64,000 bases of DNA. Source: Minisyncoccota bacterium. GTDB lineage: Bacteria; Patescibacteriota; Minisyncoccia; Phycocordibacterales; Zambryskibacteraceae. The number at the start of each line of letters is the position of its first letter. The stretch's first letter is position 1. A model generated the notes under the pieces. It was given only the letters and a program-made list of their open reading frames with translations. It did no database searches and was not told the origin of the DNA. The translations under genes and the position numbers were made by a program. The DNA is taken from NCBI GenBank assembly GCA_036517475.1, contig DATDVZ010000003.1, positions 56 through 64,055 of the forward strand. The letters are read 5' to 3'. Of the stretch, positions 9,730-18,995 are shown one piece after another.

Positions 9730-10260
9730 TTATGGACATGTAGTGGTAGTTAGGGCAACCGTATGGCCTTTGCTTATTCCGTTTGAATCCACACACCAAT
9801 AAGTGTAAGTCGGATCACTTTTCAGGGGAACTGAAACCGCATATGAGGACGGGTTGGAACCGGGGGTAGCCCCGCATCTGATGTTTGTATTATTACTAGA
9901 TGCACTAAAAGCAGCATTTATCATTGCATTTATCTTAGTGTCAGCAAATAATGAAACTAAGGTTCCTGTACCTGCTCCACAAATACTTGTTCCGCCGACT
10001 GAGGCGCCAATTGATCCGTAAGTGGCATTGCCAGTTGTTTCATAAAAAACTTGAGCTTGCCTCTGAAGTTGATTCAAATTGGATTTAATTGAAGCATTGT
10101 CTGATCTATTGCGCGCATTAATGAGACTTGAGAGAACTATTGATGATAAAACACCTATGATTGCTATAACTACCAAGAGTTCAATGAGAGTAAACCCAGC
10201 GAGAGTAAACCCAGCACTATTTTTTTTGTTACAAAAAAAATAGTGCTGGGTAAACCCCAT
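9730..10260 (-). CDS. Type IV pilin. Start set at ATG 10260 (MGFTQHYFFCNKKNSAGFTLAGFTLIELL...); the ORF-track start at 10608 is judged an over-extension through intergenic repeats.
   Basis: GFTLIELLVVIAIIGVLSSIVL. The upstream part of the track ORF (10261-10608) carries a conserved non-coding element and hairpin repeats. Confidence 0.7.
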   Translation of the reverse strand: MGFTQHYFFCNKKNSAGFTLAGFTLIELLVVIAIIGVLSSIVLSSLINARNRSDNASIKSNLNQLQRQAQVFYETTGNATYGSIGASVGGTSICGAGTGTLVSLFADTKINAMINAAFSASSNNTNIRCGATPGSNPSSYAVSVPLKSDPTYTYWCVDSNGISKGHTVALTTTTCP

Positions 10261-10621
10261 TAGAGAAACTCTGTCCCAAGGCCTTTTCTTGCCTCCGGCA
10301 GGGCAGAACTCTCTAGGGACATACCCCTTATACTCAATTTTCATAGGATTATTATAGCCCAAATTTAACCAAATTAACGAAATGATTATCCACATTACAA
10401 TAAAGAACGAGGATTGTTTTTGAAAAATCTTGCGCAGTCCCGTCATGGCGGGACGAATACGAGAAATCCCGCAGTAGCGGGATATCCGTGCTTTTTTAAT
10501 CAACAACGAACGAGTATTGGATTTTAAAAGCCCTGCGCAGTCCCGCACAATAGCGGGGCGAGCAGAGCAATCCGTCAGCTGACGGATATGTGTGCTTTTA
10601 AAATCCAATACGAGTGAGTCT

Positions 10622-11107
10622 TTATGGACAAGCAGTCTGAGTAGTTATGTTGACATCCAGTTCTTTTGAGGCACCGGTTGAATCAACGCACCAGAAATCA
10701 GTACCTGATGTAGGGCTCACAACATTTGTGCTTTTAAGTGCGGTTCCCGCTGCCCAAGCAGTTCTATTCGCTGCTGAATTGCAGACCGCCGTGCCACCTC
10801 CAGCTGACTCTGCGGCATTAAGTTGGGCAGCAATATTAGTATTAGCAAAGATGGTATCTGCCGCATTACAAGCAGTTCCAGTTACTAAAGCGCCATTACA
10901 GGTTGCATTGTTACTATAACAGCCGTTTGTATCGTAAAGAATTTCCGCTTGAGCTCTTGAATTTGACAGATTGCTTTTTACTGCAGCATCAGCACCCTTT
11001 GCTCTGGCGGTATTCAAAGATGCAAGTACTATTGATGAGAGTATACCGATGATGGCAATGACCACCAAAAGTTCAATTAATGTAAACCCTCTTGATAATT
11101 TTTTCAT
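10622..11107 (-). CDS. Type IV pilin, probably the major pilin (short canonical leader)
   Basis: MKKLSRG|FTLIELLVVIAIIGILSSIVLASLNTARAKGADAA...: classic type IVa leader. C-terminal Cys pair. Confidence 0.85.
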   Translation of the reverse strand: MKKLSRGFTLIELLVVIAIIGILSSIVLASLNTARAKGADAAVKSNLSNSRAQAEILYDTNGCYSNNATCNGALVTGTACNAADTIFANTNIAAQLNAAESAGGGTAVCNSAANRTAWAAGTALKSTNVVSPTSGTDFWCVDSTGASKELDVNITTQTACP

Positions 11108-11290
11108 AATTTATTTATAAAACTTTTATAATTAGCGCTCTCGCCAAACGCCTCGTTTTTAACGAATATGTATATTATAAAGGAGAAAAAGACTTAAAAA
11201 TGGGGCACTGTGGACAAGAAATAACCAACAACTTTATAACCAATAACTCATAATAAGAATTATGTTTGTATTTAATCCTGTAATTCGTTA

Positions 11291-11329
11291 TTTGTTATTA
11301 GTTGTTAGTTGTTAGTTGTTAGTTGTTAG
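11291..11329. repeat. Tandem heptamer repeat (TTAGTTG)n, member of the GTTGTTAGTTG repeat family
   Basis: ttagttgttagttgttagttgttagttgttga lies between pilC and the major pilin gene. Confidence 0.8.
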
Positions 11330-11336
11330 TTGTTGA

Positions 11337-12548
11337 TCAGCCAGCGCTTGATGCAATGTTATAAATTGGCAAAAGTACTGATGCCAGAAGTAGCCCTACT
11401 CCAGCGCCAAGAAGAACTATCATTACCGGCTCAATGAGTGAAACGAGAGTATCAACGGCATTCATAACTTCTCTCTGATAGAACTTCGCCATAGTTTTAA
11501 GAATATTTCCCAACTCTCCAGTTTCCTCGCCGACTTTGACCATTTGAACCAAAATACCGGGAATTTCTTTGTATTGTGAAAGAGATGCTGAGAGAGAACT
11601 ACCACCCTTAACTGCAATCATGCTTTCAGATAAAATCTGTCTGTAAACGTTGCTTGAAATTACTGTACTTGTCACTTCCAGAGCTCTTAGCATCGGGATA
11701 CCGGCAATAATCATTGTATTTAGATTGTCAGACATCATTGCAAGATATAATTTGCGGTAGAGTTCTCCGATATAGGGTATCGCGAATTTGAAGTTATCCC
11801 ACGCCAGTGCTCCATCCTCAGTTCTAAAAAACCGCACGAGAAAAAAGCCGCCGACAACCAAAGCGACAAGAAGAAAAATACCATAATCAATAAGAAAATT
11901 ACTTATTCCAATTACTACTTGTGTATATACGGGTATATCTTGTCCTGAATCAATAAGGATTGCAGCAATTTTGGGCACTATCATAGTAAACATAAGAACC
12001 ATTACACCAATGAAAACTGTGACGATAAAGGCCGGATAAATTAAAGCATTTTTTGCCTTTGATGAGACCTCATAGTTTCGATCAAGGTAATCCGCAAGAA
12101 AACCAAAGGTGTCGTTGAGCTTTCCTGTTTCTTCGCCAGCCTTAACCATATTTACGTAAAAGTTTGAAAAAATTTTAGGATGTTTGGCAAGAGCTTTAGA
12201 AATAGAAGAACCTCCCTGCAAATCGTCGGCGACTTCTGTGAGTGACTGCCGCAACATTGCATTTTCTGTTTCAGATGAAATGAGCTTGAAGATCTTTAAA
12301 GCTGAAACCTGCGCTTCAAAAAGGGTAGCTAGCTGTCTTGATAAAATTACAACATCTTTTGGGCTAACTCTCTGTCCCCAAAAAAAACGCTTTTGAAAAC
12401 CAGCCCACTTCTCTTCTTGAGAATTAATTTCAGAAATAATCAAACCCCTCTTCTGAACAGAAGCGATCGCAATATCAATATTTACCGCCTCAACCGTTCC
12501 TTCTTTAACCTCACCGCTCTGATCTATAGCTTTATAGTTAAATAACAT
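11337..12548 (-). CDS. pilC: Type IV pilus assembly platform protein (GspF/PilC family)
   Basis: 403 aa with the duplicated T2SF-type domain and three TM segments. Confidence 0.9.
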   Translation of the reverse strand: MLFNYKAIDQSGEVKEGTVEAVNIDIAIASVQKRGLIISEINSQEEKWAGFQKRFFWGQRVSPKDVVILSRQLATLFEAQVSALKIFKLISSETENAMLRQSLTEVADDLQGGSSISKALAKHPKIFSNFYVNMVKAGEETGKLNDTFGFLADYLDRNYEVSSKAKNALIYPAFIVTVFIGVMVLMFTMIVPKIAAILIDSGQDIPVYTQVVIGISNFLIDYGIFLLVALVVGGFFLVRFFRTEDGALAWDNFKFAIPYIGELYRKLYLAMMSDNLNTMIIAGIPMLRALEVTSTVISSNVYRQILSESMIAVKGGSSLSASLSQYKEIPGILVQMVKVGEETGELGNILKTMAKFYQREVMNAVDTLVSLIEPVMIVLLGAGVGLLLASVLLPIYNIASSAG

Positions 12549-12595
12549 GATTGATTTTTCTTCAGTAAAATATATTCACTTCGTTCATTATTTTT

Positions 12596-13657
12596 CTAAA
12601 TCATCTTCTCTAAGACCTTTGGATTAAGAGAATATAAATATGCATTTTCAATTGTTATTTCACCCTTTGCAACCAAAGTAGCAAGAGAGCGGTTAAGATC
12701 AATCATTCCCCCTTCAGCACTTGTTTCAATTACAGAGTTTATCTCGTGCGTTCTCTTGTCCCTGATAAGATTTGAGATTGCGTTGTTATTGATTAAGAGT
12801 TCATAAGCTGGGATAAGCCCTCCTGAAATCCTTGGTATAAGCCTCTGCGAGAATATTCCGGCAAGCGAGCTTGAAAGCTGGGCTCTTATCTGACCCTGCT
12901 GATCAGCTGGAAAAGAGTCAATTATCCGATCAATTGTCTGCGACGCCGAGTTTGTGTGAAGGGTGGAGAGCACCAAATGTCCGGTTTCGGCCGCTGTTAC
13001 GGCCACTGATATGGTTTCCGGATCGCGCATTTCCCCTATCATTACCACATCCGCATCCTGTCTGAAAACGTGAGTAAGGGCTTTATGAAAATCAGTTGTA
13101 TCTATAGAGACTTCCCTTTGATCAATTATTGATTTTTTATCGTCAAAGAGGTATTCAATCGGATCCTCCAATGTGATGATGTGTTCCAGCCTTTCAGTGT
13201 TAATGAGCTCAATAAGTGTAGCTAGGGTTGTTGATTTGCCCTGACCTGCTGGTCCAACACAAAGAAAAAACCCCTGTTGTTTTCGGGCAAAAGTTTCAAG
13301 AATCTGCGGGAGGTTAAGTTCCTGAAGTGTCCTTATGCGTTTGGGGATAAGCCTTAAGGCAGTAGAAATTTTATTAAGACGGTAGAAAGCATTACCTCTG
13401 AATCTGACATCCTTGTGTGAAAAACTAAAATCAATTTCTTTTGTCTCCTCAAAGATTTTTTTGTTTTCCGGAGTGACCATTGAAGAAATGAATTGCTCCA
13501 TATCAGAACGTGTCAGCGCAGATTCGTTTACCAGAGGGATGAGAGACCCCGCAACCCGAATTATCGGCAGCCTACCTTCAGAAAGATGAAGGTCAGAACC
13601 ACCTTCTTTTGAAACAAGATCTATTAATTTATCCAATAATTTTGGTACTTCTGTCAT
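12596..13657 (-). CDS. pilT: Twitching motility/retraction ATPase
   Basis: 353 aa with Walker A GPAGQGKSTT, an Asp box, a Walker B and His box, and the PilT-type C-terminus. Confidence 0.9.
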   Translation of the reverse strand: MTEVPKLLDKLIDLVSKEGGSDLHLSEGRLPIIRVAGSLIPLVNESALTRSDMEQFISSMVTPENKKIFEETKEIDFSFSHKDVRFRGNAFYRLNKISTALRLIPKRIRTLQELNLPQILETFARKQQGFFLCVGPAGQGKSTTLATLIELINTERLEHIITLEDPIEYLFDDKKSIIDQREVSIDTTDFHKALTHVFRQDADVVMIGEMRDPETISVAVTAAETGHLVLSTLHTNSASQTIDRIIDSFPADQQGQIRAQLSSSLAGIFSQRLIPRISGGLIPAYELLINNNAISNLIRDKRTHEINSVIETSAEGGMIDLNRSLATLVAKGEITIENAYLYSLNPKVLEKMI

Positions 13658-13776
13658 CCCGTTAGAAGCAGACCGCGTAGAGCGCGTCCTGACTAAAATT
13701 AGGTTGATATTTGCTCGACATTTTCATATAAATAATTTTACCATTTTTTAAGTTGCGGTCGCGGCTTCTAACGGGA

Positions 13777-14166
13777 CTAGTTGTTTTTAACTATTTTAAT
13801 AACTTCCTCCACTACTTCAGAGGGAATCAGGGTTGCCTTTACAATGTATCCACTTACTCCCAGTGATTTTGCCTTTGAAATTTTTTCCTGGTCCGATTCG
13901 TTAGTTAACATAATAATTGTTGCACCTTCAGCAAGTTTTTCCTTTTTTATAGTCTCCAGAAGCTCCAACCCATCCATTCCGGGCATAATGATATCCAAAA
14001 GAATTATTTCAAACTTATCGCCATCACGCAGTCTCTGAAGTGTTTCAGCAGTATTTGCTGATGTGAATGCCTCATGCCCGGCAGCTTTAAATTTCAGGGC
14101 ATACATATCAAGGAGAAATTTGTCGTCATCCACTAGGAGAATTTTGTATTTTTTTTCTTCTGTCAT
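13777..14166 (-). CDS. Single-domain response regulator (CheY/PilH-like receiver)
   Basis: KILLVDDDKFLLDMYALKF...DIIMPGMDGLELLETIKK...K: a receiver domain with the conserved Asp pocket and phosphoacceptor Asp, and no output domain. Confidence 0.85.
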   Translation of the reverse strand: MTEEKKYKILLVDDDKFLLDMYALKFKAAGHEAFTSANTAETLQRLRDGDKFEIILLDIIMPGMDGLELLETIKKEKLAEGATIIMLTNESDQEKISKAKSLGVSGYIVKATLIPSEVVEEVIKIVKNN

Positions 14167-14309
14167 ATTAGCAAAATTATATCATAGGTATAAAATCAAA
14201 TTTTCAATTATAAACATAGATAATAATTTTTCCCATCAACGAACGAGTCCCGCCCCACTTTTACTCTAAAAAATTTAGAACGGAAAAGTGGGGCGGGACG
14301 AGTGAGTCT

Positions 14310-16091
14310 TTACAATGTTGCCACCTCTTCAAAAGGAATGACTCTCTTGAAAGCTTTGAGAATTGCATCTTCTTTCATAGAAATCATACCTTTCTCCCTT
14401 ACCATTTTTGAAAGCTCAATTTCAGTTCCGCCACGCAGAATAAGTGACTCTATATCTTTATCCATTTCCATAACTTCCATGACAGCGGTGCGGCCACGTG
14501 TGCCGTTTGGACAGTCTTCGGTCGCAGATATCTCGTAGACCTCTTTTCCAAACTTAATTTCATTTCTAAATTTATCGGGCAAATCTTCAAACTGCTTATC
14601 TATCATCAATTTGATGGAACCCTCCATCGGAAGCGGCTTACCAGCTCCAGGACAAAGCGTTCTTACTAACCTCTGGGCAATAACAAGAATGAGAGTTGGC
14701 GCAATAAGATAGCGGTCAACTTCCATGTCAATAAGGCGTGGCACCACGCCGGTTGCATTATTGGTGTGTATTGTTGAAAAAACAAGATGACCAGTAAGAG
14801 CGGCCTGAATGGCAAGCTGAGCAGTTTCTTTATCTCTTATTTCTCCGACCATTATCACATCCGGATCCTGACGCAAGGTGGTTCGCAATCCTGTTGCAAA
14901 AGTATATCCGATTTCTGGATGAACCTGCGATTGACTTACGCCATCCATTGTATATTCCACAGGATCTTCAAGCGAAACCACATTTTTATGATCCTTGTCT
15001 ATCTCATTAAGCATTGAATACAAGGTGGTTGATTTTCCTGATCCGGTAGGACCGGTAACCAATATTAGGCCATAGGGTTTTTCCAATGCTCTTCTTATTG
15101 TTGCCACCGCCCCTTCCGTAAGGCCAAGCTCACTAAGGGGAATGAGTCCTTTTGCTTGATCAAGAATTCTCATTTCAACTTTCTCTCCGAAGTATGCCGG
15201 AAATGTTGAAACTCTGAAGTCAATTTTTCGGTCACCGATATTGGCACTAAATCTTCCATCCTGTGGTTTTCTTTTTTCATCAAGACGTAGCTGGGATAAA
15301 ATCTTAATGCGCGCCACAACAGCTGAGTGGACTTTTGGGGGTAAAACTAAAGATGTGTTCATCACCCCGTCAATTCTGAACCTGACCCTTACATTTTCCC
15401 TCATTCTCTCAATGTGAATGTCGGAGGCATTGCCATCAATGGCATAACGCAGAATTGTGGCAACAATTTTTATGACAGGCGCATCCTCAATTATTTTTGC
15501 TTCTCCGTCCTTACCGGTTTCAGTGCTCACATCTAAATTCCCAACTTCATCAAGATTCTCCTCCTCTCGGTCTGCCTCACTTTCTACTTCAGTTTTCCTT
15601 TTTACCTTTTCATTTTTATCTCTAAGTTCAATTTCAAGTTCAGAGAGAGCTTTTGTAACCTCGCCAGAGAGTCCCTTATATGAGGATATTACCTCTTCAA
15701 AATCCACCTCACTGATAAGATATATTTTGAAGGGCATCTTAATTTTTGAAGAAATAAAATTAAGTGCATCCCTTGCTTCAAGGTTATCCGGATCAACCAT
15801 CCCGACTTCTAAAACTCCATCCTTTACCCCTATTGGGACCATTCTGTAGTGCAGAGCCGATTCCTCGGGAATGTTTTCAAGAATTTTTGTAGGAATTTCC
15901 TTGCCCCTAAGAAGTCTCGAGGGAATTTCAAGAAACTCCCCTTTTATTTTGAGTATCTCTTCCGGTTCTATTCCGCGCTCAATAAGCACTCGTTCGGGAG
16001 TAATTCCTTTAGTTTCAGCCATTTCCAATATCTCCGGAATTTCTTTTGTGTCGATTATTTTTTTGTCAGCAAGGTACTCTAAAATTCCCAT
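14310..16091 (-). CDS. pilB: Type IV pilus assembly (extension) ATPase
   Basis: 593 aa. GspE N-terminal domain, Walker A GPTGSGKSTT and a CxxC-type zinc motif. Confidence 0.9.
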   Translation of the reverse strand: MGILEYLADKKIIDTKEIPEILEMAETKGITPERVLIERGIEPEEILKIKGEFLEIPSRLLRGKEIPTKILENIPEESALHYRMVPIGVKDGVLEVGMVDPDNLEARDALNFISSKIKMPFKIYLISEVDFEEVISSYKGLSGEVTKALSELEIELRDKNEKVKRKTEVESEADREEENLDEVGNLDVSTETGKDGEAKIIEDAPVIKIVATILRYAIDGNASDIHIERMRENVRVRFRIDGVMNTSLVLPPKVHSAVVARIKILSQLRLDEKRKPQDGRFSANIGDRKIDFRVSTFPAYFGEKVEMRILDQAKGLIPLSELGLTEGAVATIRRALEKPYGLILVTGPTGSGKSTTLYSMLNEIDKDHKNVVSLEDPVEYTMDGVSQSQVHPEIGYTFATGLRTTLRQDPDVIMVGEIRDKETAQLAIQAALTGHLVFSTIHTNNATGVVPRLIDMEVDRYLIAPTLILVIAQRLVRTLCPGAGKPLPMEGSIKLMIDKQFEDLPDKFRNEIKFGKEVYEISATEDCPNGTRGRTAVMEVMEMDKDIESLILRGGTEIELSKMVREKGMISMKEDAILKAFKRVIPFEEVATL

Positions 16092-16170
16092 ATAAATAAA
16101 ATTACAGGCAATAATATTGTTTAAAAATTATATCACCTTAAGACATATGCTTATGCTCTATGTTTTATGG

Positions 16171-16473
16171 CTATAGTTTTGAGAAAGGATTTTTCTTACC
16201 TCTTGGCAAGTCAGGTAAAATGGTAGAAAAATCCGTAAGCGATGTAAAACCTGGGCTTTGAAAAATACTTTGATCAAGTTTAACACTCTGAAGTTCGCTC
16301 AATAAATCAACTAAATCCTGACCCACAGATTCAGCCTGTATGGGGTTGCCATATTCGTCCATAGATATAGGTTCCTCTGTATTTTTGAAGAATAAAAACC
16401 AGATAAGAAAGACGACGAAGACTACCACAACAGTCCACAAGATTATTTTTTTTATTTTTGACTCCGGTGCCAT
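16171..16473 (-). CDS. Hypothetical small membrane protein in the pilus operon (PilP-like position)
   Basis: 100 aa with a single N-terminal TM helix. Sits between pilO and pilB. Confidence 0.5.
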   Translation of the reverse strand: MAPESKIKKIILWTVVVVFVVFLIWFLFFKNTEEPISMDEYGNPIQAESVGQDLVDLLSELQSVKLDQSIFQSPGFTSLTDFSTILPDLPRGKKNPFSKL

Positions 16474-16500
16474 TATAAATTTTTAATTTTAAATTTAAAA

Positions 16501-17043
16501 TTATTTAATCCAATAAGTCTGAATTGTTATATCATATTCATTGATTCCGGTAATATCATCCTTGGCAGTAAACTGCAGAGTTTTCACATCTACAAGCTGC
16601 AGGCTTCTTTCAATATCACGCAGAAAGCTCACCATATTCTGATAGGTAGCTGAAAATTTAAAGCTTATGGAAGTTGTCTCATAAGGTTTTTGGCTAAGTG
16701 CCGCAATGTCTTCTCCCGCGTCAGCAATATCTCTGGTTGAAACTCCTCTAATTGCAATTCCATAAGGGCCGCCAACAGAAGCAATGTCTGAAATCAGCTT
16801 AACAGTATTGAGGTTGGAAGGAATCATTTTTTCCAGTTTTATGAGATTCTCCTTTGGCAAAGTGTTGTATTTTGAAAGCAAATCATCTCTTACTTTTTTT
16901 AGACTCTCAACTTTATCAATGGCATTTTTATACTGCTCTCTTTGCCCCTGGATGTTTTTGATCTCTTTGTACTGCGGATTGATAAAGATATAAAACAATC
17001 CGACTGAAAGAGCTATTATTAAAAATGGAAGAAGTGATCTCAT
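16501..17043 (-). CDS. pilO: Pilus biogenesis protein PilO-like
   Basis: 180 aa with an N-terminal TM helix and a coiled-coil. Overlaps pilN by 4 bp. Confidence 0.6.
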   Translation of the reverse strand: MRSLLPFLIIALSVGLFYIFINPQYKEIKNIQGQREQYKNAIDKVESLKKVRDDLLSKYNTLPKENLIKLEKMIPSNLNTVKLISDIASVGGPYGIAIRGVSTRDIADAGEDIAALSQKPYETTSISFKFSATYQNMVSFLRDIERSLQLVDVKTLQFTAKDDITGINEYDITIQTYWIK

Positions 17044-17708
17044 GGTGTTGTTGTGGCACTCGCTGGGATCGTAGATGTGGCCTGATTTGGTGGAACCCCA
17101 GGAGAAGCTGCTGGAAGTGGAAGTGAGTTGGCCCCGAAGAAAGAGGAATATGAAACCAGTTTGGGATTAATTTGAGCTTCCAATGAAAATATGACATTGC
17201 CGTCTTTATTGAGATCAAGATTTGAAAATTTTGTGCTTAAAAAATTCTGGTTTTCTGAGAGCACCTTTGCCTGCGAGGCAAGAGTCGAATAGCTTCTGGC
17301 TTCTCCGTTTAAGTTTACAGACGCTCCTCGATCATTTTGGTTAAAGGTAAAAGAAGTAAACCTCACAGTTTGCACTGTCAGTGACTCTAGGAGAGCAAAA
17401 AATGCCGAGAGAACTGTGTGATTATTTATTAGATTTTGAGCTACTTCAAAGCGGGCATTTGAACGTGAAAGCTCCTTGATTAATTCAGGCTGAAGCTCGG
17501 CTCTTGCGGCCTCCAGATCACTTTGCATTTTAGAAAAAGATCTTTCTGAGATAATTTTATAAGCAAACACAGAACCGGTTCCAAGTAGGGCAATAATAAA
17601 TATTATTATTGAAAGAGAATAAAAAAGTGAGCCTGAATAATGGCGGCTTATTGTTTCTGGCTTTTTTGGTATAAAGGAAGTGGGATCCATAAATGAACTT
17701 TGATACAT
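17040..17708 (-). CDS. pilN: Pilus biogenesis protein PilN-like
   Basis: 222 aa with an N-terminal TM helix and a coiled-coil periplasmic region. Directly follows pilM. Confidence 0.65.
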   Translation of the reverse strand: MYQSSFMDPTSFIPKKPETISRHYSGSLFYSLSIIIFIIALLGTGSVFAYKIISERSFSKMQSDLEAARAELQPELIKELSRSNARFEVAQNLINNHTVLSAFFALLESLTVQTVRFTSFTFNQNDRGASVNLNGEARSYSTLASQAKVLSENQNFLSTKFSNLDLNKDGNVIFSLEAQINPKLVSYSSFFGANSLPLPAASPGVPPNQATSTIPASATTTP

Positions 17709-17861
17709 TAATTATACTGCAAAAAATAGCTATTGGCTCTACTAATCCACACCCATTTCAAGTGTATGCAAAATGCAAATTGCAAAAGACTGTTTAAAAT
17801 GCCGAAATTATCACTTCCTGCGATGCAGAACTCCACTATTTTGATTTTTGATCTTTGATTT

Positions 17862-18977
17862 TTAATTTTCTTGTAGTCCTCTTAATGCCAGCCCAACTGA
17901 AACGGCAAACTCTGGACCAGTATTTCGTAGAATTTCTTCAATAAAGGCCGGGGCCTCGGTTTTGGTAAAAGGATTTCCCGCTTCCACCTGTATTTGAAAT
18001 TTCTCCTGTGCCAGTGGCTGCAGACCCTTCAGAGAAGAGCCCCCGCCGACCAAAACCACTTTCTTTATGGCTTTATTATATTTATTCTGATAGTTGAGAA
18101 TTACCCTATTTGCCTCGTCAAAAATCCCTGATAATGCAAGATTTACAATTTCTTTTATATCAGTACCCTCGGACGAAACTGCGCCAACTCCTCTTTTTAG
18201 CACTTCAGCCTCCTTTACTGAAATACCGAGAGATTTGGAAATAATATTTGTAATTTCCTGTGAGCCGCGATTGATTGTATGGGAACTTCTTATAACGGAG
18301 TGTTCAATAACGTAGAGTTTTGTTGTTGCCGCCCCCATATCAAGAAGCATTACCGGATCATGTGTGCTCTCAAGAACAGAGCGCATACAACTGAAAATTT
18401 CAATTTCAAAAAATTTTGACTGCAATCCGGTTTTTCTCACTATTTCCTGATAGCGCGCTATGGTGTCGTTATGGATTGCTACAAGCAAAACGTCAGTTTT
18501 CTCAATATGAGTGTGACTCGAGTCTTCTTCGGGAACTTCAGGAGACGAGTCGTCTTTGGGAATAACTGACCAATCAAGAGTTACCTCTGAAATCGGCACT
18601 GGAATATATTTGCGCGCCTCCAGGGGCACCATTGCACTAAGCTGTTTTTGTGACACAAGAGGCATTTCAATCACTGACATGAGAGAAGATGAAAATGGAA
18701 TAGCCACTCCGCAGACATTGGTAGTTACATTGACTTCTTTTTCCTTCATCAGGTCAGATAGAGCCTCTACTGTTTTCTCGGGTGAGAGCGCTGTTGCTTG
18801 CCCTATTTCAAAACCAGCATAGGGGCCAAGTGCAAGCTCTCCGTAAGTTTCTAACACAGCTTTACCTCCTTTTTTGCGAAGTTGAACTATTTTAATTGAG
18901 GAGGAACCTATATCCACCCCCAAAAAGCTTCCTCCTGAACTTTTAAAAAGATTAGAAAAAAAACTAGTCATACCCAA
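17862..18977 (-). CDS. pilM: Type IV pilus assembly actin-like ATPase
   Basis: 371 aa. GVDIGSSSIKIVQL is the actin-fold phosphate-1 motif. Confidence 0.85.
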   Translation of the reverse strand: MGMTSFFSNLFKSSGGSFLGVDIGSSSIKIVQLRKKGGKAVLETYGELALGPYAGFEIGQATALSPEKTVEALSDLMKEKEVNVTTNVCGVAIPFSSSLMSVIEMPLVSQKQLSAMVPLEARKYIPVPISEVTLDWSVIPKDDSSPEVPEEDSSHTHIEKTDVLLVAIHNDTIARYQEIVRKTGLQSKFFEIEIFSCMRSVLESTHDPVMLLDMGAATTKLYVIEHSVIRSSHTINRGSQEITNIISKSLGISVKEAEVLKRGVGAVSSEGTDIKEIVNLALSGIFDEANRVILNYQNKYNKAIKKVVLVGGGSSLKGLQPLAQEKFQIQVEAGNPFTKTEAPAFIEEILRNTGPEFAVSVGLALRGLQEN

Positions 18978-18995
18978 TAATAGTAGTATATCAAA

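Noticed and set aside
9730-10608. 292-aa ORF as given in the ORF track for the second pilin
   Set aside because: The 5' 116 codons run through family-B hairpin repeats and the conserved non-coding element. The in-frame ATG at 10260 gives a normal pilin with MGFT...AGFTLIELL, so the upstream part is treated as non-coding.
11291-11329. Possible CRISPR array (short tandem repeats)
   Set aside because: The TTAGTTG heptamer repeats are contiguous with no spacers and belong to the dispersed GTTGTTAGTTG family. No 25-40-bp repeat/spacer periodicity was seen anywhere in the window.
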